Of a DNA stretch of 64,000 nt, positions 32,856 to 44,100 are shown one piece after another; the first letter of the stretch is position 1; the number at the start of each line of letters is the position of its first letter. Location of the stretch: contig CAWJTV010000005.1 of NCBI GenBank assembly GCA_963845755.1, positions 64,001 through 128,000 on the forward strand. The letters run 5' to 3'. Below the pieces are notes generated by a model. It made no database searches. It was not told the origin of the DNA and saw only the letters and a list, made by a program, of their open reading frames with translations. Position numbers and translations under genes: made by a program. The DNA comes from an uncultured Planctomycetota bacterium (GTDB lineage Bacteria > Planctomycetota > Planctomycetia > Isosphaerales > Isosphaeraceae).

Positions 32856-34082
32856 GTGAAGTTTGTTTCTTCAACCGTCCTGATGGTCGTTTTGACTCTG
32901 ATCCCAATCTCATCTGTCGCGCAGGGCCCTGCCCCGCTGCCCAAGCTGGCGACGCGCGTGGCATTCCCGAATCTGTCCTTCGACCGGCCGGTGGCGATGG
33001 CGTATCCGGATGACGGCAGTCGTCGACTGTTCGTCGTCGAGCAGCACGCTGGCAGGATCTGGTCGTTCCTCGACCGCCGCGAGATGCGTTCCAAGCGATT
33101 GTTCCTCCAGCTTCGCGCTCCGATCCACAAGGGGAACGAGGAAGGTCTGCTCGGGCTGGCGTTTCACCCGAAGTTCAAGGTGAACAAGCAGTTCTTCGTC
33201 TACTATTCGGCCAACGATCGAGGAGACAGGCGATCCGTTGTCTCACGGTTCTCGCTGGCTCGCTCGGATGACCGGATCGCCGACCCGTCGAGCGAGCAGC
33301 GGATCTGGGTCTCCGATAAGGATCCGTTCGAGAACCATAACGGCGGCACCATCGCGTTCGGTCCGGACGGGTATCTCTACATCACGCTCGGGGATAGCGG
33401 AGCCGCGGATGATCCGCTCCTGAGCGGCCAGAATCCCCGCGACTGGTTTGCCTCGATCCTGCGAATCGACGTCGATCACCCGGAGGGAGGCAAGGCCTAT
33501 GGCATCCCCCGCGACAATCCGGCGCGGCGCGATTCCAAGTTCGTCCACTGGGCGCCCGAAGTGTATTGCATCGGGCTGAGGAACGTCTGGAAATTCAGCT
33601 TCGATCGGCAGACCGGGGAGTTGTGGGCCGGCGACGTCGGACAGAACCTCTGGGAGATGGTCCATCGGATCGAGAATGGCGGGAACTACGGCTGGAGTAT
33701 CAAGGAGGCCTCTCACTCGTTCCATCCCGAACGGAGGCATGCGCCGGATCCGGCTGCACCCATCCAGCCGCCGATCGTCGAATATCCCCACTCACCGACG
33801 CGCGAGCGGCCCGATAGCGGCCTGAGCATCACGGGGGGCTATGTTTACCGTGGCAAGAAGATCCCCGACCTGGTGGGTGTCTACGTCTACGGCGACTTCG
33901 ACAGCGGACGGATCTGGGGACTCCGCTATCAGGACGGCAAGGTCGTCGCCAAGGACGAGCTGATCGACGTCAGGCGCGGCAAGCTCAACATCGCCTCATT
34001 CGGCGAGGATGCGGACGGAGAGCTTTACATCCTGGCGTTCGACGGCAAGATCCATGAGCTGGTGCGACGCCAGGGGCGTTGA
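32856..34082 (+). CDS. PQQ-dependent soluble sugar dehydrogenase family protein (GSDH), secreted
   Basis: Signal peptide; EEGLLGLAFHP, NHNGGTIAFGPDGYLY, GLRNVWKFSFD, GDVGQ, GGNYGW, SITGGYVYRG and SFGED motifs. Confidence 0.88.
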   Translation: MKFVSSTVLMVVLTLIPISSVAQGPAPLPKLATRVAFPNLSFDRPVAMAYPDDGSRRLFVVEQHAGRIWSFLDRREMRSKRLFLQLRAPIHKGNEEGLLGLAFHPKFKVNKQFFVYYSANDRGDRRSVVSRFSLARSDDRIADPSSEQRIWVSDKDPFENHNGGTIAFGPDGYLYITLGDSGAADDPLLSGQNPRDWFASILRIDVDHPEGGKAYGIPRDNPARRDSKFVHWAPEVYCIGLRNVWKFSFDRQTGELWAGDVGQNLWEMVHRIENGGNYGWSIKEASHSFHPERRHAPDPAAPIQPPIVEYPHSPTRERPDSGLSITGGYVYRGKKIPDLVGVYVYGDFDSGRIWGLRYQDGKVVAKDELIDVRRGKLNIASFGEDADGELYILAFDGKIHELVRRQGR

Positions 34083-34144
34083 ATCCGCGGGTGCCCTGGC
34101 CAAAAGAGTGCTGGCTCCGGGTCTTCGAGGTGCCTGAATTATGT

Positions 34145-34211
34145 TGTAGGGTGCCCTGTGACGACCGGCGAGGGGTTTCTACGGGAATTGGTGCTCGCAG
34201 GGCACCCTACA
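34145..34211. repeat. REP-like inverted repeat (GTAG ends) between convergent genes; possible terminator
   Basis: TGTAGGGTGCCCTGTGACGACC ... GGTGCTCGCAGGGCACCCTACA. Confidence 0.75.
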
Positions 34212-34220
34212 GACCCGCGT

Positions 34221-35439
34221 TCAACCCGACCGTGAGCCATTCTCAATTCGATCGAGGGTATCGAGGGCCCCCAGGAATTCCCGCCAAAGGTCGTCCGGAT
34301 CCTCGAGGCCCACCGAGATGCGAACCGTGCCTTCGGTGAGGCCCTGGCGCGCCAGGAGTTCTGCGTCCTGACCGCGATGACTGGTGGTTGCCGGATGGCT
34401 GAGCGTCGTCTGGACGTCACCCAGGCTCGGGGCGAACGGGATCGATGCGGACAGGCCACGAATCAACGCCTCGGCCTTCGGGCGGGTGCTCAGGTCGATC
34501 GTCACCATCGTGCCCCCGCCGTCCTTGAGCAAATGCGAGGCTAGACCCGAATTCGGATGCGATGGGAGGAGCGGGTAGTAGACGCGATCGACCTGAGCGT
34601 GCGATTCGAACCGTCGTGCCAGCTCGATGCGCCGTGGCGCACGCCCGGCTCATCCGCAGCGTGAGCGTTGAGAGTCCGCGGAGCGCCAGCCAGCTCTCAA
34701 ACGGATTGCCCGTCTGGCCCAGCGTGGAAGCCACGGTCCGGACCTCTTCCACGAATCGGCTTTGACCAATGAGCGCTCCCAGAGTCAGGTCGCTATGGCC
34801 GCCGATCATCTTCGTCACCGAGTGGGCCACCACGCTTGCCCCGTGCTCGAGCGGGCGACAGATCACGGGCGCGAACGTATTGTCGACAACCAGCGGGATC
34901 CCGGCCTCATTGGCGACCGACCCCAGCCCCGAAAGGTCGGCGACGCGGAGCAACGGGTTCGAGATCGTCTCGACGAAGATCAGCCGCGTTTTCGGATTCA
35001 GCAGCGACTTCGCCTCGTGGGGCCTGGCCGAGTCGAAGATGCTGTGCGTGATCCCCCACCGCGTGAGTTGTCGCGTCACCAGCGCGTTCGTCTTGCCATA
35101 GAGCCCCTCGGCGATCAGCGCATGATCGCCCTGATCGAGAAGTGTCAGCATGCATGAAGCCATCGCGCCCATGCCGGAGGCGCAGATCAAGGCCGCCTCA
35201 CCGCCCTCGAGCTGCGCCAGCTTCGCGGCGAGCTGAGCAGCGTTGGGGTGGCCATCACGTGCGTAGATGAAGCCCTTGGCGGAGCCGTTGTACAGTGCGT
35301 TGACGTGATCCAGATCCTCCGGGCAGTAAACGACGCTCAGGTCGATGGGGGGGACCAGAGGCCGGCTGGTTGACGCTGCGGATCCGGGACCGTGCGCACA
35401 GAGGGTCGAGGCGTGGGGACGGGAAGGATTCGTAGACAT
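34221..35439 (-). CDS. PLP-dependent trans-sulfuration enzyme (cystathionine gamma-synthase/lyase family; frameshift ~34625)
   Basis: YARDGHPN, ASGMGA, ETISNPLL, VVDNTFA, HSVTKMIGGHSD (PLP lysine), SLGDVQT..SHPATTSH and RISVGLED. Confidence 0.9.
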
Positions 35440-35473
35440 CGTGAGCACGCTCCGGTCCATGGTTGCGACGGGC

Positions 35474-36628
35474 TCAGGTTGGCAAACTCTTTCGGTGGAA
35501 CCGTGCCCCAAGACCCAGTAGAGAGATGATCTCGCCGAGTTTGCGAAGCGACATCCACGGGTTCTTCGCGGTACGAGCATCGGCTTCCTGGCGACGAAGT
35601 GTGGCCAGGAGAGTCCAGTCGATTGACCAGGCTTGTTCGATCGCCTGCTCCTGTGCGGTCCGGGTCAGATCGTGAAGCCGGCCGATCAGGTCCTCGTCGA
35701 TCGGGCAAGCGGCCGTCCGGTAAGGATGGTCCTCGACGACCGGTGTCGTGCTGGAGCGCCGATTCTTGAAGAGGCCCGTGAAGTGCTTCCGCCATCCCAC
35801 GGAATCGCCGCCGTCATGTCGAGTGATCTGACCGGGCTGTTGCTGAACCTCGGTGGAATCGGGATCGATCCACGCGCCAATCCGGACGATCAGGACCGTG
35901 ATGTTGTCCATCCCTCCTCGCAGGTTGGCCAGATTGATGAGGTAACGACAGGCATCGCGCGGATGGAAGTTCGCGGCAAAAGCACCGAGCTCGCCGTCCT
36001 CGACGGGGCCGGAGAGGCCGTCCGAACAGAGGAGAAAGACGTCCCCAAGTTCGATGGCCAGCGGGCCCTCGATATCGACCTCGATATCGACCTCCGGGCC
36101 GAGGCTGCGCGTGATGACGTTCTTGGGGACCGAGATGTTGGCCTGTTCCGACGTCAGGTGATTGCGGCGAACCAACTCCCAGACCAGGCTGTGATCGAAC
36201 GAGAGTTGGTCAATCCGCTCGCCACGGGTGCGATAGACCCGGGAATCGCCGACATGGGCGATCAGTGCGCCTTCCGGCAGCAGGAGCAGCGCCGACGACG
36301 TCGTCCCCATCCCCTGGAACTCGCGATTGGCCGAGGCACGGCTGTGGATCAGGGCGCTGACGTCGCGAAAGGTCTTGACGATCGCGTCCGACGGCGTCCC
36401 CGACCGCGTTTTCATGTAGTTGTGCGGGATCAAGTCGCAGGCCATCTTGCTGGCCAGCTCCCCGACGGCATGAGCCCCCATCCCATCGGCGACCAGGAAG
36501 ACATGCCCGCGCTGCCGCCAAGCCTCCCCGTGCGGGGCCCGTACGATCGTGTAGCTATCCTGATTATTCGAGCGACGCATCCCGGTGTCCGTCGCGGCTG
36601 CGTCGATGATCACGTCGTCCCAGTTCAC
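35474..36628 (-). CDS. PP2C-family (PrpC/Stp1-like) Ser/Thr phosphatase with C-terminal extension
   Basis: TDTGMRRSNNQDS, VADGMGAH..GELAS, GMGTT, HVGDSRVY, DHSLV, NVITRSLG, LCSDGL and GGMDNIT motifs. Confidence 0.92.
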   Translation of the reverse strand: MNWDDVIIDAAATDTGMRRSNNQDSYTIVRAPHGEAWRQRGHVFLVADGMGAHAVGELASKMACDLIPHNYMKTRSGTPSDAIVKTFRDVSALIHSRASANREFQGMGTTSSALLLLPEGALIAHVGDSRVYRTRGERIDQLSFDHSLVWELVRRNHLTSEQANISVPKNVITRSLGPEVDIEVDIEGPLAIELGDVFLLCSDGLSGPVEDGELGAFAANFHPRDACRYLINLANLRGGMDNITVLIVRIGAWIDPDSTEVQQQPGQITRHDGGDSVGWRKHFTGLFKNRRSSTTPVVEDHPYRTAACPIDEDLIGRLHDLTRTAQEQAIEQAWSIDWTLLATLRRQEADARTAKNPWMSLRKLGEIISLLGLGARFHRKSLPT

Positions 36629-37066
36629 GATCCGACCCTGCTCTGAGGTGTCAGCGGCTGCACGATCCCCGAGGCCCCCCGCACCCACACGCCGACCTTA
36701 CCACGGAATCCCATGATCGGACCTGACCCGTCCCGACTCAAGAGCCTTCCCCGATTCTCGTGGTCTTGGTCGATCGCCGTCTCTGACCGCGGGCCAGGAT
36801 CCTTCGCCATTGTCATCATTAAATTGTATCGTCCGTCCGCGTCAAACAAGAGTGCCCCTGAAGATTGTTCGCGGGTTCGACGGGCAACCGACCGATTCCT
36901 CGATCGCCCCGATCGATAGCGAAGTCCTCCATCGCCCGTGTACGCGTGCGTCTACAAAAATAGAAATTGGGCTCGCGAATTCCCCGGCCACCTCATAATA
37001 CTGAAAAGCCTGAACTCCTGTGACGAGGACTGCGTCAACGACAACCCTATTCCTGCCGGTTCTCCC

Positions 37067-39721
37067 ATGATCGACTCGACGTCCCTGGACTCCTTGCGAT
37101 TTACCAAGACGACCCTGAAGAATGGCCTCGACGTCATCGTACGACATCAGCCACAGCTCCCGATCGTGGCCATAAACTTGTGGTATCACGTGGGTTCCAA
37201 GAACGAGGAACGCAGCCAGCGCGGATTCACACATCTATTCGAGCACTTGATGTTCGAGGGATCCGAACACTACCCGGGCGATTTTTTCAAGCACTTGCAG
37301 CCGCTGGGGGGAAATATCAACGGCTCGACCTCCTCCGACCGCACCAATTACTTCGTTGACCTTCCGACCGCCCATGCCGAACTCGCGATGGCGATGGAAT
37401 CGGATCGTATGGCGCATCTCCTGGCGCTCTCGACGAGGAGAAATTAAGAATCCAGAAGGGTGTCGTCAAGAATGAGTACCGCCAGAACTACGCCAACCGT
37501 CCCTACGGGATGGTCTGGTCGATCGTGGCAGAGGCACTCTATCCACCCCAGCACCCTTATAGTTGGTTGACCATCGGCGTCATGGAAGACATTGAGCGTG
37601 CGACCATGGACGATGTTTCCGCATTCTTCCAGAAGTATTATGTTCCGAGCAATGCGAGCCTGGCGGTTGTTGGCGATCTGGAGGAATCCCGAGCGATCGA
37701 GCTGGCGGAACGTTACTTCGGCTCGATTGCGGGAGGAATGCCGGCCCTTCGGCCGTGGGTGCCGGCACCGAGCCTTCAGGAAAGCTCGCGCGATTGTCGT
37801 GCACGATCGCGTCGAGCTGGACCGACTGTACCTGACCTGGCCGACAGTCCCTCATTTTCACGACGACGACGCCCCCTTGATCCTTCTTGGCGACATCCTG
37901 GCTCGCGGACGAGCGAGCCGGCTGTATCGGAAGTTCGTGATCGAGGAACAGATCGCGCAGGATGTCAGCGCCTATCAATCAGGCCGAGAGCTGGCCGGCT
38001 CGTTCGGCATTGTGGTGACCCTCCGGCCATCGAGATCGACCCACCATGCGCTCGACCTGATCGATGCCGAGCTGGGTCGCCTGGAGTCTTCGGAGGTCGG
38101 CGAGGACGAGCTGCGCCGCGTGCAGAATCTGCGAATCGCGAGCTTTTATTTCGCGCTGGAGCACATGGGTGGCTTCGGTGGGGTCGCCGATCGCCTCAAC
38201 GCCTATAACGTCTTCCGGGGGGATCCCAGTCTGATCGGGAGCGATGTCCGACGGTTTCAGGCGGTCACGGCGGGTCGGTTGCAGGAGGTCGCCGTGCGTT
38301 ATGTCTCGGGACGACCGCGAGTGTGTCTCTCGGTACTCGGCCGGAAGGAAACGGCCAAGGTCACACCGCTGGACCGCTCGACGGCGCCGACCAGTTCGAT
38401 CACGACCGGCTACCGCGCACCAGAGCCGCAGATCCTGCGGCTGCAATGCGGGCTCCCGCTCTGGGTCTTTCCACAGAAAGACCTGCCCACGGTCGCGGGA
38501 TCGATCGTCATCGCCGGAGGAGCCAGCCTTCAGCCTCCGGAACTCCCCGGCTTGAGCCAACTGACCACCGACATGCTCGACGAGGGGACCACGACGCGGA
38601 CGGCAGCCCAGATCGCCGTGACCGTCGAGGAGATGGGAGCCTCGCTGTCGGCGAGCTGCGGGTGGGACGGGGCTTACGTCGGGTTCAGGTGCCTGACGAA
38701 CAACCTGGCGACAACTCTGGACCTGGCCGCCGACATCTTGCTCAATCCGACTTTTCCTGAGGCGGAATGGCAACGGTTGCACGGACAGACCCTCGCGGCA
38801 CTTCGTGCCGAGCGAGACAGTGCCGAGTCCCGAGCCTACCGCGCACTTCTCCGGGCGCTGTATGGCTCGGACCATCTTTACAGGTTCCCCCTGGCGGGTA
38901 CCGAGGAGAGCGTCCGCGCGATCGCGGTGGAGGACTTGAGGGCGTTTCACGCGCGCAGCATGGCACCGACTCGAGCCGCGATCGTCGTCGCCGGTGACGT
39001 CGCGCCTGAGGCTCTGGCCGAAGAACTGGACAGGCGCCTATCCAGTTGGCGAGGCCCGACCACGTCGCTCCCGCAAATCCCCACCGCGGTCCGGTCTGCA
39101 CAGCCCCGGATCCTGGTTCTGGACCGCCCGGGTGCGCCTCAAGCGGTGGTTCGTGCGGGGCATCCCGGCATCGATCGACGTGATCCGAGTTTCGACGGCA
39201 TGCTGCTCTTCAACCAGGTCCTGGGCGGACAATTCACGTCCCGACTCAATTGCAAACTGAGGGAGGAGCGCGGCTTCACCTACGGAGTGCGAAGCTCTTT
39301 CGAGTGCCGCCGAGGTGCCGGGCCGTTCTCGATCAGCACGTCCTTGCAGAGCGACCGGCTTGCCGAGGCACTCGAGGATCTCCGACATGAGGTCACGGCA
39401 TTCGTGACCGGCCGCCCTCCGACCCAGGATGAGCTGGATGACGCGCGGCGCGCACTTGTCGAAGGCCAGCCCCGATACTTCGAGACGCCCTCGGCGCTGG
39501 TGAGCCGGTTTGCCAACCTCCTGATCCACGGCCTACCCGCGGATTACGAGAGCCAGTTTCCCGACCGGCTCCATCGGCTCGACCGCGACGCGGTCATCCA
39601 CGCCGCTCGTACCCTGATCCATCCCGAAGCCCTGGTCCTCGTGGTCGTCGCCTCCGCGGCGCACGTCCTCGAGAGCCTGAAGCAACTGGATTGGGCCGAG
39701 CCGGAGATCATCGAGGAATAG
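37067..39721 (+). CDS. M16 (insulinase/pitrilysin) zinc protease, two-module (frameshifts ~37430 and ~37790)
   Basis: WYHVGSKNE, inverted zinc motif HLFEHLMF and NGSTSSDRTNY. The second module has DEGT...SRLNCKLREERGFTYG. Confidence 0.9.
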
Positions 39722-40162
39722 CGGCGACTCGTTGCCGGTCGGAAAACCAAGCAGGTACGCTCAGTCGGTGAAAAATCTCGATCGCTGCGTTCGACTTCGC
39801 AAGTTTCAGAGGGCTCGCATACGCCGGGTTTCGCCGCGTTGAGCTTGGCTATTATCTGATCCAAGGTCTCATCAGGGAAGTGTACGCCTCGTTCCGGATG
39901 CCCGTGCCTCGTCACCACGCTCTCGCGACCCATTGCGATTGACGATTCGATGATCCGCCGTAAATCTTACTCCGTTGATGACGAACTCTCGAATAGCTGA
40001 CGAGTTGCTCGAGGCATGCCCGATCGGCGGATGGCCTTGTGGGCCAGCCGGCTGCGCGAAGTCGCGCGCGAGTGTGAGTCGGGGAGCGACCCACACGATT
40101 CCGAGCACATCCTTTTGCGCGAGCGAATCGCCCGCCGAGGCGACCGACGAGAGAGGAACCAC

Positions 40163-41143
40163 ATGCTGTCCATTCGCAACCTGGTGAAGATCTATCCGGG
40201 TCCCGTTGCGGCGCTGGTCGGGGTCGACCTGGATGTATCCAATGGGATGTTCGGCCTGCTCGGTCCCAACGGCGCGGGCAAGACGACCTTGATGCGCATC
40301 CTGGCCGGGGTGCTGGAGCCCACTTCGGGCACGGCCACGCTGGACGGCCAATCGATGCTCGATCGGCCCGAGCGGATCCGAGAGCGGCTCGGTTATCTGC
40401 CGCAGGAATTCGGGTTCTTCCCTCACCTCACGGGCGAGGGGATGCTTCGCTACTTGCTCCGCTTGAAGGGCATCCGGGCGCCGGTCGGTGAGAAGGCTTT
40501 GTGCCGGGAGCTTCTGGAACGAGTTCATCTCTCTTTCGCGGCGCGTCGCAAGGTCAAGACGTATTCGGGAGGGATGCGGCAGCGGTTGGGGATCGCCCAG
40601 GCCATCGCCGGGAACCCGCGACTGATCATCGTCGACGAACCGACGGCCGGGCTCGATCCGGAGGAACGCTTGCGCTTCTATCGGCTGCTCTCGGAGCTGG
40701 CCGAGGATCGGATCGTCGTGCTGTCCACTCATATCGTCGAGGATGTGGCGGTGCTCTGCCCGAGGTTTGCCGTCATCCGCAACGGCCGTCTTATCGCCGA
40801 CACCTCACCCAGCCGGGCACGCAGTGCCATCGAAGGGACGATCTACGAGGGGACGATCCCCGCCGAGTCTTACGATCGCCTGCTCGTGGATCCCGATCGG
40901 TGCGTCACGCAGGCTTATCTCGTCGAAGGCCAGAACCGCGTCCGACTCTACCAACCCGACGGGAACTCTCCGCAAGGCTTCTCCGCGGTCGCGCCGACCC
41001 TGGAAGACGCTTACCTCGTCGCGATCAAGGCCGACGGTATTCGGGGGCTCTCCGACAGCGCGATCGAGCGTCTGTCCATCGCCGACGGTTCGATTGATGG
41101 GTTCCCCGCTGAACCGGCCGCCGCCGAGCGAGGTGCGCGATGA
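40163..41143 (+). CDS. ABC transporter ATP-binding protein
   Basis: GPNGAGKTT, YSGGMRQR, IIVDEPTAGLDP and LSTHIV; GAGGA RBS before the ATG at 40163. Confidence 0.95.
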   Translation: MLSIRNLVKIYPGPVAALVGVDLDVSNGMFGLLGPNGAGKTTLMRILAGVLEPTSGTATLDGQSMLDRPERIRERLGYLPQEFGFFPHLTGEGMLRYLLRLKGIRAPVGEKALCRELLERVHLSFAARRKVKTYSGGMRQRLGIAQAIAGNPRLIIVDEPTAGLDPEERLRFYRLLSELAEDRIVVLSTHIVEDVAVLCPRFAVIRNGRLIADTSPSRARSAIEGTIYEGTIPAESYDRLLVDPDRCVTQAYLVEGQNRVRLYQPDGNSPQGFSAVAPTLEDAYLVAIKADGIRGLSDSAIERLSIADGSIDGFPAEPAAAERGAR

Positions 41144-44100
41144 ACGCAATACTGAGTCCTGGCTTGAGGCGGGTGTGGACGGTCTTCAGCGGTGACCTGG
41201 GCACGTATGCCCGACGCCCACTGTTCGCCGTCTGGGCCTTGATCCTGGTCTTCTGCGCATTGGGGTTCTCCACCGGTTCGGTGCGGATCCAGAGCGGCGA
41301 CGCGACGGTCGGGGGGACCAAGTCCCACATCACCTCCGAATTCGCCGTGGCGATGCAATTCGCGATCGTCACGACGCTCTTCTACGGCTTTTTCGTTGCC
41401 GTGGCGGCCGGGATGGCGATCATCCAGGACGATGAGTGGCGGATCGGCGAGTTATTGCATGCCACACCACTTCGTGCCTGGGAGTACGTCTGGGCGAAGT
41501 TCGCCGCCGTGATCACGGTAAGCTCCGTCATGCTGGGCCTGCATCTGGCGGCGATGCTGTTCTTCTACCATGTCCTGCCGAATGCCGATGCCCAGGAATT
41601 CCGCGGAACGTTCCATCTCTCGAACTATCTCCTGCCCGCTCTCTGGTTCTGGGTGCCGACGATCGTCTTTCTCGCGGGCCTATCGTTCCTGTTCGGCGAG
41701 TGGACGCGACGGCCTGTCGCGGTCTTTCTGCTGCCTCTGGCGATCGTACTCCTCGATGCATTCTTCCTCTGGGAGTGGTCGCCGAACTGGCTCGACCCGC
41801 GGATCAACCGCGCGCTCATGCTGCTCGACCCGGCCGGTTTCCGTTGGCTTAATGAGACGTGGCTCAAGGTTAACCGGGGCGTCCGGTTCTACAACACCGC
41901 GTCGATCCCACCGGACCCGGGATTCCTGGTCAGCCGAGTGGTGATGGTGGTGCTGGGTCTGGGAGCCGCAGTCCTCGGCCAACGTCACTTCGCCGCGACC
42001 TCTCGCGGCTCGTCCTCGCGATCGGCACGCCGAGCGGCGGCGGCTAGCCTGCTAGCCGGGCCGCCTTCGATCGCGAAGGTCAACTCGGGGGCCGAGTCCG
42101 TCAGCAAGGCTCCACTGGCCTCGCTTCAGATGACCCTGTCCCAGCCGAGCTTGCTCCGGGGTGCCTGGCACGTGGCGCGGAGCGAGCTGGCCGAGCTGCG
42201 CTCAAGTCCCGGGCTGTACCTGTTCATCCCGCTGCTATTGCTCCAGACGATCGTCACGGCGCTGATCGACGTCGGCCCCTTCGACACGCCGCTCCTGGTT
42301 ACACCTGTCGGCTTCGCGGTGCACGCGATGGGGACATTGACCACCTGCTCATGCCTGCTCCTCCTGTTCTACACCGTGGAATCGCTGGAACGCGAGCGAT
42401 CGACCGGGCTGGCGGCGATCGCCTTCGCCACGCCGATCCGGACCGGCTCGCTCCTTCTCGGCAAGCTCGTCGCGCTGGGGGCACTGGCGCTGGCGATCGT
42501 CGCGGCTGTCGCCGTGGGAGGCATCATCGTTATCCTGATTCAAGGGCAAGTTGGTGTGAGCCTGCCACCGATGTTACTCCACTGGGGACTGCTCCTGCTG
42601 CCGACCATCCTGTGTTGGATCGCCTTCGTGACGGCAGCTCATCGGCTCACACAGAGCCGCTATGCGACCTACGCGCTAGCCCTGGGAGTGATCTACTTCA
42701 CGGGATACCGGCTCGGAACAAACCAGATCAACTGGGTCGGCAACTGGCCGTTGTGGCAAGCGGTCAGGGATAGCGACATGAGCGTGCTGGAGCTCGATCG
42801 TCGCGCCCTGGTCCTGAACCGCGTGATGGCCGTGGGTCTGTCGGTCTTCTTCACCGTCCTGACGGTGCGATTCTATCGACGCCGAGAGGTCAACGCGACC
42901 CAACTCGTGCATCGGCTGCGACCTCGGGCCGTCCTCTCAATGGCCTTGCGGCTGGCGCCCTGGGCCGTGGTCCCCCTGGTCGCAGGCATCTGGCTGGCGT
43001 TGGAAGTCGGCTGGGGGCGAGAGGGCGGCGCGGCCCAGAAGGAGGAGAAGGACTACTGGCGCAAGAACCTGGCCACGTACCGCGACGCCAGGATCCCGGA
43101 CCTCCGTCTGGTGACGTTGCATCTCGACCTGTTCCCCGAGCGGTCGGCCTATCGCGCGCGCGGGACGTTCGACCTGGTCAACGGCACCGACCGACCGCTC
43201 CGCGAAGTCCTCCTGACGGGCGGTCCGCACTGGGAGAAGCTCGCCTGGACGATGGACGGCGAGCCCTTCTCGCCCGCCGACCGGGCGCACCTCTTTGTCT
43301 TCACGCCCCCTGGAGGTACCCTCGCGCCGGGTGGAACGGTTCAGATTGGTTTCGAGCACGAAGGAAGGTTTCCGAGGGGTGTCAGCAAGAGGACGGCTGG
43401 AGCATCCGAGTTCATCCTCCCATCGGCCGTGGTCCTGACGAGTTTTCGGCCCGCCATCGTGCCAGTGTTGGGCTTCCTCGATTCCATCGGCATCGACGAC
43501 GACAATCGCCAGGACTCGAGGGAGTATCCCGACGACTTCTACCTGGGCCAGACGGACTCGTTCATGGGTTACCGCACGCCATTCTCGACGAAGATCACGA
43601 TCACCGGCCCGGCCGAATTCACAATCAACTCGGTGGGGATCAAGACGTCGGATGACGTCCAGGACGGCCGGCGCACGGTCGTCTGGGAGAGCGACCATCC
43701 GGTGAGCTTCTTCAACGTGATCGCGGGCCGTTGGGCGGTCGAGCATGGCGACGGGACCGCCGTGTTCTACCATCCCGGCCATCGTTACAACGTCGCCGAG
43801 ATGCGCGAGGCGCTCGACGCGGCGCACCGCCATTTCTCTCGATGGTTCTTCCCCTACCCCTGGCGCGAACTCAAGCTGAGCGAGTTTCCCAACCTGGCGA
43901 GCTACGCTCAGGGTTTCCCCACGAATATCACCTTCTCGGAAGGGGTCGGCTTCCTCGCACACAACACCCCGGAGATCCACGCCCCGTTCGAGATCACCGC
44001 CCACGAGGCGGCACACCAGTGGTGGGGCAACATCTTGTCGGCGGGTAAAGCTCCCGGCGGCATCTTACTCACCGAGGGTACGGCTGATTTCTCTGCGATC

